From positions 1 through 25,814 of the IMG/VR virus record IMGVR_UViG_3300020044_003502: a stretch of 25,814 nucleotides of DNA. The stretch is one strand, 5' to 3'. The position numbers and the translations under genes were made by a program. The number at the start of each line of letters is the position of its first letter. Positions within the stretch are counted from its first letter, which is position 1. Source of the DNA: a virus (lineage: Duplodnaviria > Caudoviricetes). Below the pieces are notes generated by a model. The model saw nothing but the letters and a program-made list of their open reading frames with translations, was not told the DNA's origin and ran no database searches. Positions 17,652 through 25,244 of this stretch are shown here, piece by piece.

Positions 17652-19364
17652 TTAAGCATGACAAGCAACACATTCACCAGAGCTAGCACTTACACCAGCC
17701 TTGGTACGAATGTAATACAGACTCAAGATATTCTTATCCTTAAACGCTGCCTTGTGGACAGAGCTGATATGCTCCTCTGGATCATCTGCACCGAAGAACA
17801 GATTGATAGACTGACCTTGGCAGATATACCGTTGACGGGCAGAAGCTTGCTCAAGGATCATGTAGGGATCAATCTCAAAGGCTGTCTTAAACACAGCTTT
17901 CTCTTCCTCAGACATCCATGATACGTGTTGGATAGAGCCATCGTGACTTGCAATCTCAAGCAATGTCTCACGACTATACACACCTTCACGCTTCATGATC
18001 TCCAGCAGCTCAGGAACTACTCGGATGGTTTCTCCCCCTGCTCCTTGCTGTACGAATACGTTTCCAATAAATGGCTCAATACCTTGAGATACCCCGCCCA
18101 TAAGCTGACTTGTTGACATGGTGGGAGCGACAGCAAGGCGATGTGTATTTCGAACTCCAAATCCCTTGCAGTATTCCGGCTCTCCAAGTTGTTCTGCAAG
18201 ATACCTGCTTGCCTCTGTTGACTTCTTGTTAAGTCCATCGAATATCTCCACGTTAAGTTTCTGAGCTTGGAAGCTCTCAAAGGGAATCATCTTCTTGTGG
18301 AGCAACGAGTGCCAACCAAGAACACCTAACCCAAGCGCACGGCTCTTTTCAGTACTCGCCAGCGCCTTTTCAAAGCCTCTTTTGCCAGCAGCCATTGACA
18401 GGAACTCACTAGTAACACAATCGAGAAATACTGTCGCAGTGAATACAGCATCGGTTTCTTTCCATTCATCATACTTCTCCAAGTTCATGCTTGCCAAGAT
18501 ACAGGTGAATGTCTCCTCCTCACCGCTGTGTAACATAATCTCTGTACACAGGTTAGAAGCCTTAACATCCAAGTTATGAGCCTTGTACATCTCAGGACGG
18601 GAATCAGCTACCTTATCGGTGAACAAGAAGTAACCCTTACCTGTCAGCATCTTCAGCTTCAAAGCCTTCTGGTAGCGCTCAATCGCCTCAGGATGACCAC
18701 TGTCCAAGGACTCCATGAAGTCACGACTAACAGTCCAACCTACGTTAGCATCATCAGGGTTATTCTTCACCCAATCAGCCAGCTCGTTAAAGTCAGGATG
18801 ATCAATAGGCAAGTAACCAGCCCAAGCGCCTCGACGAGCAACCCCTTGAGTCACTCGCTTCATCGCGTCTACATAAGTTTGAAAAACCGGGAGTACTCCT
18901 GACGCAGTGCCACCAGTGCCGATTTGCGATCCTCGCGGACGAATATCGCCAAGGTATCCAGAAGTACCGAAACCGTTTTTCGTAAGAACTGCTGTGTCAA
19001 GAAGCTCACCGTAAAAATCAGCAACTGAATCACCGATATACTGACCACTACAAGCGACAGGCATACCTTTATTAGTGCCGAGATTGGCGAGAGTCGGTGT
19101 CGAAGGACTAAGCCAACCATTCCAGATAACTTCATAAAACTTTCCTTTCCAATCTGTACCATCTTTAGGTGCATGCTTAGCTGCTGTCTCAGCAATCTGC
19201 TCAGCACGGTTCTTGAAGCTAGTGGAGCCTTCCATGTACTTAGACTTGAACAGTCCCCATCCTCCAGTCTGATACCACTCAGGCAAGAGTCCTTCCTTTT
19301 GCAGACGCTTACGCTCTGCACTTAGGAACTCATACTTGTTATCCAACACAGGTGTACTTACCAT
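17652..19364 (-). CDS. nrdA: class I ribonucleotide reductase alpha subunit (short, no ATP cone)
   Basis: SPSTPTLAN, VAC, RRGA, SNLCTEI, TCILAS, APTMS, QGQSINL, SLYY and C-terminal CVAC. Confidence 0.95.
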   Translation of the reverse strand: MVSTPVLDNKYEFLSAERKRLQKEGLLPEWYQTGGWGLFKSKYMEGSTSFKNRAEQIAETAAKHAPKDGTDWKGKFYEVIWNGWLSPSTPTLANLGTNKGMPVACSGQYIGDSVADFYGELLDTAVLTKNGFGTSGYLGDIRPRGSQIGTGGTASGVLPVFQTYVDAMKRVTQGVARRGAWAGYLPIDHPDFNELADWVKNNPDDANVGWTVSRDFMESLDSGHPEAIERYQKALKLKMLTGKGYFLFTDKVADSRPEMYKAHNLDVKASNLCTEIMLHSGEEETFTCILASMNLEKYDEWKETDAVFTATVFLDCVTSEFLSMAAGKRGFEKALASTEKSRALGLGVLGWHSLLHKKMIPFESFQAQKLNVEIFDGLNKKSTEASRYLAEQLGEPEYCKGFGVRNTHRLAVAPTMSTSQLMGGVSQGIEPFIGNVFVQQGAGGETIRVVPELLEIMKREGVYSRETLLEIASHDGSIQHVSWMSEEEKAVFKTAFEIDPYMILEQASARQRYICQGQSINLFFGADDPEEHISSVHKAAFKDKNILSLYYIRTKAGVSASSGECVACHA

Positions 19365-20314
19365 ACGAAGTTTCTTTCATTCCATTTACGGTTATATTGA
19401 TTGCCAACTTTAGCGAAGAAGTCATGGATCGTACTGGAGCTAATACCCAAGTAGAACCACTCAGAGATTGTATCACCAGTTTCGTCAAAGATAGCTTCAA
19501 AGCCTAGATTACTCAAGCAAATGTTAGCCCGTGCATTCACGAAAGCTTTCATAGCTGTGGGATTGATGCCTTCGATCTCTCCGTGAGAGAACAACAGGTC
19601 AACAATACGGTGCTCATGTTCAACCAATGCCTTAGCAGCTTGGTATAAACGATCACGCATCCACACCTTGTCCAGCTTATTCTCTTCCATGTACGTACGG
19701 AACAACCAAGAGCTTGCTTCGTGGTGGATGTTCTCATCTCGTACAGAGAAGTTGATACCTGCCACTAGGTTACTCAGTTTGTTCTTACCGTTACTCTGGA
19801 AGTGCTTCAGGAAAGCAAAGCTAGAGTACAGTACACAACCTTCCATCATACTGAATACTGCCAAGGAAAGAGGCAGATCACGACTACTAACAAGAGTGTC
19901 CAAGTACCCAATACGGCTAGCCAGTACAGGATCGTACTGCCAAGATTGATGGAAGTCCTCAGTAGCCAACCCAAGCAGTTCGTTAATGCGGTTATAGAAA
20001 CGTGCATGTACGTTACTCTCGAAGTAGCAGAAGGCATCAGCCATCAAACCAACATCAGGATGCTGGAAGTTAGGTTTAACAGTACCAGACCAATACTCAT
20101 CACCCACAATACGTTCGTACTTGGTAAAGAGTTTGAGTGAAGTAGTAACACCATGACGTTCACTAGGAGTAAAATCGGTAAGAATGCTGTGTACATCTTT
20201 TTCCAAATCAATTTCATCAAAAGTCCAGAATACACCGTTCTGTTTATCTGCAAAGGCCAAAGCCTCTGGATAGTCAAAGGTGTATACATCCTTTTTGGTT
20301 AATAGGTTTCTCAT
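19358..20314 (-). CDS. nrdB: class I ribonucleotide reductase beta subunit
   Basis: W...EI....D, E67, E99/H103/Y107, EG..LYSSF and RDENIH motifs of the ferritin-like R2 fold. Confidence 0.93.
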   Translation of the reverse strand: MRNLLTKKDVYTFDYPEALAFADKQNGVFWTFDEIDLEKDVHSILTDFTPSERHGVTTSLKLFTKYERIVGDEYWSGTVKPNFQHPDVGLMADAFCYFESNVHARFYNRINELLGLATEDFHQSWQYDPVLASRIGYLDTLVSSRDLPLSLAVFSMMEGCVLYSSFAFLKHFQSNGKNKLSNLVAGINFSVRDENIHHEASSWLFRTYMEENKLDKVWMRDRLYQAAKALVEHEHRIVDLLFSHGEIEGINPTAMKAFVNARANICLSNLGFEAIFDETGDTISEWFYLGISSSTIHDFFAKVGNQYNRKWNERNFVW

Positions 20315-20469
20315 TCAATCTCTTTCATTAGTTGTTCTTGTTTATCTTCAATGTAATCTTCAAAGCGCTCAATGATGTCATCACTGTGGATGTCTAACAA
20401 CTCCAGCAGTGTGACTTCATCGACTCGTTGAAGCTTCTCTTTAAGTTCCTCAAACGTCAGATTCATCAT
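20311..20469 (-). CDS. small acidic hypothetical protein (not in ORF track)
   Basis: 52 aa, MMNLTFEELKEKLQRVDEVTLLELLDIHSDDIIERFEDYIEDKQEQLMKEIE*. Fills the gap exactly, with an ATGA overlap onto nrdB. Confidence 0.75.
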   Translation of the reverse strand: MMNLTFEELKEKLQRVDEVTLLELLDIHSDDIIERFEDYIEDKQEQLMKEIE

Positions 20470-20905
20470 CATACGCCTGAATCAATTTATCCAAATACCA
20501 TTTAGCCTTCTTCAAGTCCTCAACACCATTCTTGTCCATGAAGCGCATCAAGTATTGCATCATCTGTGTGTAATCAGCGGTAGCCATAGGTCGATAAACC
20601 AAGTTAGCATCATCCAGCTTGACCACCAGCTTCTCAATGACATCACGTACTTCAATGCCTTCTTCCTCGAACAGCATATAGTGCTTAGGTTTACTCACAA
20701 CATCAAAGTGCATGTCACCTGAAGATGTACCATTAGTTCCTTTAAACCACTCATCAATAGCTTCACTCAAAGGCTGAGCATCATGACTAGGTTTATACAT
20801 ATCACGAGGAACCCAGTTAGAGTAGCCTGTACACAGCTTACAGGGAGGTTCTAAGTCCTTGTCCATCTCTGCGTAGAAGCAACTTGTACACTTATTTGCT
20901 GCCAT
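20450..20905 (-). CDS. DUF3310 / T7 gp1.7-like protein with N-terminal CxxC...CxxC
   Basis: V.KPKHY...EV.DVI...Y..R...KNG.EDLKKAKWYL signature; N-terminal CTSC and CKLC. Confidence 0.8.
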   Translation of the reverse strand: MAANKCTSCFYAEMDKDLEPPCKLCTGYSNWVPRDMYKPSHDAQPLSEAIDEWFKGTNGTSSGDMHFDVVSKPKHYMLFEEEGIEVRDVIEKLVVKLDDANLVYRPMATADYTQMMQYLMRFMDKNGVEDLKKAKWYLDKLIQAYDDESDV

Positions 20906-21656
20906 ACTTTCTCCCTAAGTATTCAATCGATAGAAGCATCTCATCAAAGCCTCCATCCTTAACATCATTCAATACAACCAAGCCTCGCCAGTGACGGTTA
21001 CTTAGTTGATCCATATAGTCTTCATCGTGTAGGTAATAACTACCAGCAATAAGACCACAGATAGGCTTCCCATCTGCTCGCTTACCGTATGCAATTTGTT
21101 TACCTTGCTGATGGCCTGCAACACAGCTCATATGAAGTTTATTGATAAGAACAGAAGCAGAACTAGCGGGACGACCCATAGCCCCAACAGGCCAATAATG
21201 ACTAAAACCCACTCCTGCAATGAATACTGGTCGGAGGAACTCATGTACTTCCCAATCTTTCAAGTTCAAGTGCTCATAGGTCATTAGACCCTCAAGCATT
21301 GGATTATTCTGTACAGCTCGTGAGAGTCGATGCTCGTGATTACCCCGAAGGAACACCATACGAGGTTTATACACCTTGTGTTTAGTTTCCTTCTGAGTCT
21401 TCTGCATCACCTTTAACGGAGCTAACAGTATGTCCATACCTTTGTTACCAGCCTCAACATCAGCTAGGTAGCGTTTACCTTCAAAGTACTTGCTACCAGC
21501 TTTGTCGTGACTGCTCAGGCTAGGGAAATCCCAATGATCCCCTAGGTGAACAACCACATCAGGCTTGTATTCACAGATAGCCTTACCTGCCCACTCAAGG
21601 TGCTCGGTAGGGGTATCTGGTTTACACTGTGTGTCTGGAATTGCTAAGATTCTCAT
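20892..21656 (-). CDS. calcineurin-like metallophosphoesterase
   Basis: Start probably ATG 21656 (ATGA overlap). Motifs IPDTQ, HLGDHWD, GNHE, SH and GH. Confidence 0.88.
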   Translation of the reverse strand: MRILAIPDTQCKPDTPTEHLEWAGKAICEYKPDVVVHLGDHWDFPSLSSHDKAGSKYFEGKRYLADVEAGNKGMDILLAPLKVMQKTQKETKHKVYKPRMVFLRGNHEHRLSRAVQNNPMLEGLMTYEHLNLKDWEVHEFLRPVFIAGVGFSHYWPVGAMGRPASSASVLINKLHMSCVAGHQQGKQIAYGKRADGKPICGLIAGSYYLHDEDYMDQLSNRHWRGLVVLNDVKDGGFDEMLLSIEYLGRKYGSK

Positions 21657-21976
21657 GATGTCCAATCTTTCCATTCATCAGGATAATCCGATGGACACAC
21701 TACTTCTTCATCCTCTTTAACGAAGTACTCACCTGTCCAAGGATCAAGCCAATCGTGATGATGCTCATACATTGATTCCAACCAAATAGGCTGTTCCAAG
21801 CGTACCTGATGCTTGATAGCATAGCCAAACACTGACTCCAAGAACTTCACATAGTCATCCATGCACTCGTGCCATGTAGCTCCGGGTGTAGAGATTGTCT
21901 TAGTGTGTACCTTACCGTCACAGTCTGTATAGGTAAAGCTGTAGGACTGCATAATATCGAAGTGATCTTTGTTCAT
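21653..21976 (-). CDS. hypothetical protein
   Basis: 107 aa, acidic, coupled by ATGA overlaps on both sides. Confidence 0.7.
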   Translation of the reverse strand: MNKDHFDIMQSYSFTYTDCDGKVHTKTISTPGATWHECMDDYVKFLESVFGYAIKHQVRLEQPIWLESMYEHHHDWLDPWTGEYFVKEDEEVVCPSDYPDEWKDWTS

Positions 21977-22281
21977 CGCTCATCTCCTTCACCACTCAAG
22001 GTATTGTTTGTTTGTCGTGCTGCAAGTTTACGAAGATTCTGACTGGCAATATCTGCCAAGCTCCAGCCCATCACCGTAGACAGACCAGCGATCTGCCACA
22101 GCACGTCACCTGCTTCCTTCTGCATACCTACCTCATCCAAGACACCATCACGAATCCACTTGGCATACTTACCTGCAACTTCACCTGCTTCAGAGGTAAG
22201 GTTAGCTACCATATAAGCAGGGTTCTTAGCGGACTCTAGTGCTGTCTTAAACGCTAGTTCTTGATACTCATTTAACAGCAT
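21973..22281 (-). CDS. MazG-like nucleotide pyrophosphohydrolase
   Basis: NEYQ..A..TA, L.SEAGEV..K..K.IRD, KEAGDVLW and N..KL..R.......G.GD.R. Confidence 0.9.
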   Translation of the reverse strand: MLLNEYQELAFKTALESAKNPAYMVANLTSEAGEVAGKYAKWIRDGVLDEVGMQKEAGDVLWQIAGLSTVMGWSLADIASQNLRKLAARQTNNTLSGEGDER

Positions 22282-22936
22282 TCATAGCCTCCATTACGTT
22301 AGGGAACAGTTTAGTTAACTCATCACGGCACTTCTCAGCAACCTCTCGGTGCTCCTTCTGCGTAGCCGCATCACAGCGAATATCCACATAGTGAAGCCAA
22401 CTACGCAGATTACCTGCCATGTACATCCTGCTCATGGTCAATCCTTCAGGCAGTAGCTTTCGTGCTTGCTCTTTGGCAACCCCTTTGGCAAGAGCCATGT
22501 TATAAACCAACTCAGAGTCATCACGAACCCTTTTCTGTGCTTGGAACCACCAGTTATGCAGACTAGAGTCACCAACTTCAAGGCTGTTCTGTCGGTTCTT
22601 AGTATCCTGTAGGCGAACCTCAGACAACTCAAAACCTTGTACAGCAGCATATCGCTGGCTAAACTCTTGGAAGCTGAAGCTACGGTGTCGCAGAATCTGT
22701 CGTGCAATGTCGCGCGTTGTCTCGATCTCGATTGACAAGTGTACCATCTCCAGAGGAGACCAGTGTTTATTGTTAATCAAGTACTTCAACAACTTCGGGC
22801 CTGACTCTGTTGCATACTGGTTGTCCGGGTTAGAGACACGAGCCATGAACGCTAAGAGGTCTTGAGCGTCTTTAATGCCCTTCTCAACCAGCCCCGGAGC
22901 AGGTACGGAATAGCATACCAAATTTACATTACTCAC
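22268..22936 (-). CDS. thyX: FAD-dependent thymidylate synthase
   Basis: ARVSNP, HWSPLE, RHRSFSFQEFSQRY, EQAR.LLP and TQKEHR. Start probably GTG 22936. Confidence 0.95.
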   Translation of the reverse strand: MSNVNLVCYSVPAPGLVEKGIKDAQDLLAFMARVSNPDNQYATESGPKLLKYLINNKHWSPLEMVHLSIEIETTRDIARQILRHRSFSFQEFSQRYAAVQGFELSEVRLQDTKNRQNSLEVGDSSLHNWWFQAQKRVRDDSELVYNMALAKGVAKEQARKLLPEGLTMSRMYMAGNLRSWLHYVDIRCDAATQKEHREVAEKCRDELTKLFPNVMEAMNAVK

Positions 22937-23087
22937 TGTCAACCCTTTCGTATCCCTCAACCGTCACTCGTTCGTGAGGCTTCAACTTCTTTTTGAGCTC
23001 ATCCCATAGCTCTAAGAGCTTTAAGAAATCTACTTCTTCTTTAGAGAAGTCATAGTGAATTTCCCTGTTATATGCTTTAACTCTCAT
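22929..23087 (-). CDS. small hypothetical protein (not in ORF track)
   Basis: 52 aa, MRVKAYNREIHYDFSKEEVDFLKLLELWDELKKKLKPHERVTVEGYERVDSE*. Fills the gap with short overlaps at both ends. Confidence 0.6.
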   Translation of the reverse strand: MRVKAYNREIHYDFSKEEVDFLKLLELWDELKKKLKPHERVTVEGYERVDSE

Positions 23088-23487
23088 CTAACCACTCCTG
23101 AGGAATTGTCTTATCAGCAAACTTGTATCCGTGCTTCCTACACCACATAGCATACGTTGTCTTAGACGCTTTGCTGATACGTGCATTGGAATTACTGAAT
23201 ACAAACCTAATGTCTAACTCTGGATTATGTTTCTTAACCATCAGATGCTTCATACGATCAGCTAAGAGGAATCTCCCCTTAGTCTCAACGATGATGCCAC
23301 TGGCAAGCACAAAGTCAGGTGTGTAGATATGTTCAGAAGCAGGTCGAATGTACTTCAACTTAACCTTCTCATACGTATAAGACACGCCTAACTGATCCAG
23401 TTGTTCCGCTACTCGCTCTTCGAGCCCGCTGCGGAATCCGTACTTAGTTGCAACTTGCTTGGCAGTAATTTTACGTCCGGTTGCCAT
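23077..23487 (-). CDS. T7 endonuclease I-like Holliday junction resolvase
   Basis: FRSGLE, YTPDF, VETKGRF...DR.KH, LDIRFVF and TTYA.WC.KHG; AGGAG RBS. Confidence 0.93.
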   Translation of the reverse strand: MATGRKITAKQVATKYGFRSGLEERVAEQLDQLGVSYTYEKVKLKYIRPASEHIYTPDFVLASGIIVETKGRFLLADRMKHLMVKKHNPELDIRFVFSNSNARISKASKTTYAMWCRKHGYKFADKTIPQEWLDES

Positions 23488-23498
23488 AACTCATTCTC

Positions 23499-24185
23499 CT
23501 ATCGTCTCAGCCACAAGAGCTGTCCTTGTTCAGTAAAATACTCCAGCGTATGCCCCAGTTCTTGATACTTCTTCCACGCACAACGTAAGAGGTCTTCTTT
23601 CGTCTTTGCGTCTTGGAGAGCTTTAGCTGCCTTCTTCGGGCCAATGCCTGCCAAGCACGGGATATTGTCAATCCTATCTCCAGTGAGAAGTTGCGTCGAA
23701 AACGACTCATACGCTGTGAACTCATCGACATAGTATCTCTCATCTTTGACAGGATTGTAATGCCATCCTTGAAGCTGATCCAAGTCCTTATCCACATGAA
23801 CAATCCAGCACTCATCCAAGAGCTTCGTGGACGCAATGGCTACGGTATCGTCAGCTTCCTCACCAACCGTAACGATAGCTCCATGACGCTTGACTAGATG
23901 CTCCCGTAGGGCTTCGTAGTGCTTAGGTCGTTGAACATCTTTACGGTTGCCTTTGTATGGCACTGTCTTGGCAATGTCATAACGGTAGTTAGTCTTACCT
24001 GTGATCCAAGCTGTGTATTCGTCAGCATTGAGATTCACATAGATAAAATCTTCTAACCACTCCGTTAATCGTGCCTTAGCGATGCCGACTGGTTCATCTT
24101 CCGTACTGAATCCAATACGGTAGACTAAAAAGTCAGCATCAACCAATGCAATCTTAGGTGACTCCTTACAGGATGTCAGAGTCAT
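23499..24185 (-). CDS. T7 gp6-like 5'-3' exonuclease
   Basis: DAD...Y, N.R......YKGNR, EADD, DKDL.Q, GD..DNI....GIG.K.A motifs. Start codon uncertain. Confidence 0.9.
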   Translation of the reverse strand: MTLTSCKESPKIALVDADFLVYRIGFSTEDEPVGIAKARLTEWLEDFIYVNLNADEYTAWITGKTNYRYDIAKTVPYKGNRKDVQRPKHYEALREHLVKRHGAIVTVGEEADDTVAIASTKLLDECWIVHVDKDLDQLQGWHYNPVKDERYYVDEFTAYESFSTQLLTGDRIDNIPCLAGIGPKKAAKALQDAKTKEDLLRCAWKKYQELGHTLEYFTEQGQLLWLRR

Positions 24186-24582
24186 CATCGCCATCTACGT
24201 CATCGCCGTAGACAACCAAGTCAGTCACAATCAACTTACTGATTGAAGGAGCAGAGCCGAACTTAGCTGACATCTTATGGCGATAGGAGCCCACCAGCGC
24301 TGTCACCTTAGTGCCGTTACCGATCTTCTCAATAGCCACTGGATTACCTTCAGCGTCCACAGGCTCGAACAAGAACTTAGACTTACCAACAATGTAGTTA
24401 CCCATTGTGTCCTTGTTCTTAATCACAATACCTTGTTCCTTCAGAGCCTCACAAGCCTTGTCAGAAAGCATACCCAGTGTACATTCGTACTTGGTGTTAT
24501 CTTCGTTGAACTTGGTATTGAACTCTTTCATCCAGTTAGCCCAGAAGAGTTGACCAGAGACTTTGACAGGTTTGTTGTCCAT
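24166..24582 (-). CDS. single-stranded DNA-binding protein (T7 gp2.5-like)
   Basis: Real start ATG 24582 (AAGGA RBS), giving 138 aa. G.L.WA, IGNGTKV and an acidic tail DDVDGDDDSDIL. Confidence 0.8.
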   Translation of the reverse strand: MDNKPVKVSGQLFWANWMKEFNTKFNEDNTKYECTLGMLSDKACEALKEQGIVIKNKDTMGNYIVGKSKFLFEPVDAEGNPVAIEKIGNGTKVTALVGSYRHKMSAKFGSAPSISKLIVTDLVVYGDDVDGDDDSDIL

Positions 24583-24698
24583 TTGAATTTCCTTACGCTG
24601 CGTAGCAGCTCTTAATTTCCGTTTATGAAGATGCTTGTCTCTCCAAGCTGTCACTGATTGTCTTACAAGAAGAACCCCATAGCAGTTAAGGCCGTTGT

Positions 24699-24783
24699 TG
24701 GTGCAAGTGGAGGGCTTCGATCCCTCAATCCTTTCGGCGGCAGATTTTAAGTCTGCTGTGTATACCAGTTCCACCACACTCGC
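24699..24783 (-). tRNA. trnL: tRNA-Leu(UAA), 85 nt, encoded CCA
   Basis: Acceptor GCGAGTG/CACTTGC-A-CCA, D-loop with GG, anticodon arm GCAGA-CTTAAAA-TCTGC, long variable arm, T arm GAGGG-ATCGAAG-CCCTC. Confidence 0.93.
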
Positions 24784-24795
24784 TTCTTACCTAAT

Positions 24796-24823
24796 ATTGT
24801 ACATCACTTTTCAGCAATGTCAA
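24796..24823 (-). promoter_or_regulatory. sigma70-type promoter upstream of tRNA/ssb
   Basis: On the - strand: TTGACA, 16-nt spacer, TACAAT, ending 12 nt before the tRNA 5' end. Confidence 0.7.
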
Positions 24824-25244
24824 GAGGTTTCATCAAGTACTCAAGTACTTTTTGTATTCCTTTAACATTGTCTCCAAGCTGTCCTAAAGACCTGTTACAG
24901 CCTCTGCATAGTACTCCTCTAAATTGCATAGTATCGTGGCAGTGATCATAACATAGTTCTTGAGTCTTCCCGCATATTTCACAGCAATTACTAGTAGTCA
25001 TTCGTTGTTTGTACGTTACCGCGTCTATCCCGTATCTTTTCTTTGTCTGGTGGTCTGTTTTCCAGTCCTTCGTTTTAGGGTTGTCTTTATTCTTTTTGTA
25101 AGCACAAGTATAACACATATTACGTCTTCCGTATTTAGCTTGCTTACTCTGTGCAAATAAAGTTAAATCTTCAGAACATAATCCACATTTGATACACTTT
25201 CTAGTGGGTGTGTCTCCAGCTTTTTCCTGTTTTGTATTCTCCAT
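24804..25244 (-). CDS. endonuclease VII-type (His-Me) nuclease, probable free-standing homing endonuclease
   Basis: RYGI, CEICG, DHCH.T...RGVLC..CN..LG.LGD motifs, plus an N-terminal CxxC...CxxC. AT-richer than its neighbours. Confidence 0.88.
   Translation of the reverse strand: MENTKQEKAGDTPTRKCIKCGLCSEDLTLFAQSKQAKYGRRNMCYTCAYKKNKDNPKTKDWKTDHQTKKRYGIDAVTYKQRMTTSNCCEICGKTQELCYDHCHDTMQFRGVLCRGCNRSLGQLGDNVKGIQKVLEYLMKPLDIAEK

Noticed and set aside
17652-20314. Introns or inteins in nrdA/nrdB
   Set aside because: Both ORFs are continuous and compact, with no insertion at the conserved motifs.
24610-24698. Hammerhead ribozyme or second tRNA in the tRNA-ssb gap
   Set aside because: Lacks the CUGAUGA/GAAA core arrangement and a cloverleaf; kept only as an unnamed structured-RNA candidate.
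24583-24777. 65-aa N-terminal extension of SSB in the ORF track
   Set aside because: Runs through the tRNA gene; a good RBS precedes ATG 24582.
23499-25203. Genome-wide TAG reassignment (alternative genetic code)
   Set aside because: The polymerase ends at TAG exactly at its expected W..TH terminus, genes are not fragmented under the standard code, and no suppressor tRNA is seen.
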